DNA of 19,417 nucleotides from Synechococcus sp. (GTDB lineage: Bacteria > Cyanobacteriota > Cyanobacteriia > Thermostichales > PCC-7336). The DNA is taken from contig JBFRWD010000072.1 of assembly GCA_051439425.1 (NCBI GenBank), positions 1 to 19,417 on the forward strand, written 5' to 3'. How positions within the stretch are numbered: position 1 is the first letter of the stretch; each line of letters starts with the position of its first letter. Positions 18,035 through 19,417 of this stretch are shown in pieces. The position numbers and the translations under genes are program-made. The notes beneath the pieces were generated by a model that made no database searches, was not told the origin of the DNA, and saw nothing but the letters and a program-made list of their open reading frames with translations.

Positions 18035-19417
18035 GCCTGACTATCGACGGTGATATAGATAACGACGGAACTCCTGACATCACTGTCGATGCAAAGCAGA
18101 TATCCCGTGTATTTAATGTCGACGATGGTAAAGGCAGGGTTGAAAAGAAAGTCACCCTGGAAGGCTTAACTATCACGGGAGGGCAATTAGCGAATTACAA
18201 GGACATTGAAAACTCCATTCTTGACAACGACGGTGCTGGCATTCTCAACAAGGAAAATCTTACTGTTACCAACAGTGTTATAACCGGCAATAATACATTG
18301 TTAATATTTCCGGGTGAAAATAATAACCCCGATTATATTTTGGCATACGGAGGTGGGATAAGAAACTCCGGGACATTAACCATTAGCAATAGCATCCTAC
18401 ACAACAATAGAGCTACACTTGGTGGTGGAATTTCAAATAGTGGTGTGGCCACTATCAACTCCAGCATTATTAGTGGGAATGAGGCTGAAAGGGGTGGTGG
18501 TGGTGGAATTAATAATGATGGTGAGGGGAATCTAAATATTTCCAGCAGCTTAATTTATGACAATTCTGCGTATACGTATGGTGCTGGAATTTTCAATAGT
18601 GGCAATATAACAGTTTCTAACAGTACTCTAACTGCTAATTTTTCTCATAACTATTCGAACGGATTTGCGTTGTTTAACAGAGGAAACGCCAGAGTTCTTA
18701 ACAGCACTATTGCAGGAAGTTCCTCTTCTGGTGGTAGTTTTGGATATTCTTCTAGTGAAGATGCAGATTTAATTCTCAGAAGCTCCATTGTTGAATATCT
18801 TGATGGCGACGGAATTACTGCCGGAAATAGCCTCATCGAGAACGCAGAAGACGCGAGTATTGATGTGGACTTGGGAGGGAATATCCTAGGCCAAGTAGCT
18901 GGACTCGATCCAGTTGGCCTGCAAGACAATGGTGGACCAACTCCAACGATCGCTCTCCTACCAAACTCACCAGCCATCAACGCAGGTGACAACCCATTAG
19001 GTTTGATTAACGACCAACGGGGGACTGGATTCTCAAGAGTTGTGGGAGGGAAGCCAGATATTGGAGCGTTTGAGGTTCAGTCAGGAGGTCCCTCACCATC
19101 TGACAATCCCTTGCTCTTTAGCCTGAAAAAGAACCACACAATCAACGGCCTTGCCGTCAAGACAGACGATATCGTCCAATTTGATGGCGAGAAGTTCAGT
19201 ACGTTCTTTGACGGCTCAGATGTCGGCTTGGGAGGCAAGAAGCCTGCCATCAATGCGTTTGACGTCATTGATGACAAGAAGGTACTGCTATCGTTCGAAA
19301 GAAACTTCTGGCTCAAGGGATTTGGCAATGTCAATCGCTCCGATGTTCTTCTCTTTGAGGCGACTAGCCTAGGTCATAGAACTAGAGGGCGCTTTTCTAA
19401 ATACTTCGATGGGAGCG
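17872..19417 (+). CDS. Large extracellular-type protein, paralog 3, truncated by the window end and absent from the ORF track
   Basis: Hand translation from ATG 17872 is open to the end: MATFTVTNTWNGGAGSLRKAIVDSNKTAGADKIEF...YGGGIRNSG...GGGISNSG...GLQDNGGPTPTIALLPNSPAINAG...DQRG...DIGAFEVQSGGPSPSDNPLLFSLKKN...FSKYFDGS. Confidence 0.92.
   Translation, partial: MATFTVTNTWNGGAGSLRKAIVDSNKTAGADKIEFDSSLSGKKINLKSQLVISDGLTIDGDIDNDGTPDITVDAKQISRVFNVDDGKGRVEKKVTLEGLTITGGQLANYKDIENSILDNDGAGILNKENLTVTNSVITGNNTLLIFPGENNNPDYILAYGGGIRNSGTLTISNSILHNNRATLGGGISNSGVATINSSIISGNEAERGGGGGINNDGEGNLNISSSLIYDNSAYTYGAGIFNSGNITVSNSTLTANFSHNYSNGFALFNRGNARVLNSTIAGSSSSGGSFGYSSSEDADLILRSSIVEYLDGDGITAGNSLIENAEDASIDVDLGGNILGQVAGLDPVGLQDNGGPTPTIALLPNSPAINAGDNPLGLINDQRGTGFSRVVGGKPDIGAFEVQSGGPSPSDNPLLFSLKKNHTINGLAVKTDDIVQFDGEKFSTFFDGSDVGLGGKKPAINAFDVIDDKKVLLSFERNFWLKGFGNVNRSDVLLFEATSLGHRTRGRFSKYFDGS
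19075..19417 (+). repeat. Constant 3' block, copy 3 (partial)
   Basis: Near-identical to the sequence from 13491 and from 16519 onward. Confidence 0.95.

Noticed and set aside
10935..19417. Diversity-generating retroelement as the source of variation
   Set aside because: No reverse transcriptase in the window, and differences between repeats are not adenine-specific. Many in the coding copies are synonymous third-position changes.

Overview
Cyanobacterial chromosomal window, judged from abundant HIP1 GCGATCGC sites, the rpsL-rpsG-fusA-tuf-rpsJ order, dapL and a tRNA gene without encoded CCA. The left ~10.9 kb is core genome: 5'-truncated ftsH, tRNA-Phe(GAA) divergent from the str-S10 operon, xseA-xseB, a membrane protein gene and dapL. 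The right ~8.5 kb is an AT-richer, HIP1-poor tandem array of at least three paralogous large extracellular-type genes; the third runs off the window and is missing from the ORF track. Each encodes a conserved N-cap, a highly divergent beta-helix-like middle, a choice-of-anchor-Q-like motif and a near-identical ~254-aa C-terminal domain of four FDGSDVGL-type repeats. The array shows mosaic breakpoints, a duplicated structured upstream region and an IS6-family transposase remnant repeated behind each complete gene. It is the best candidate here for an undescribed system: a variable-core/constant-tail surface-protein array. Counts and alignments were done by eye.
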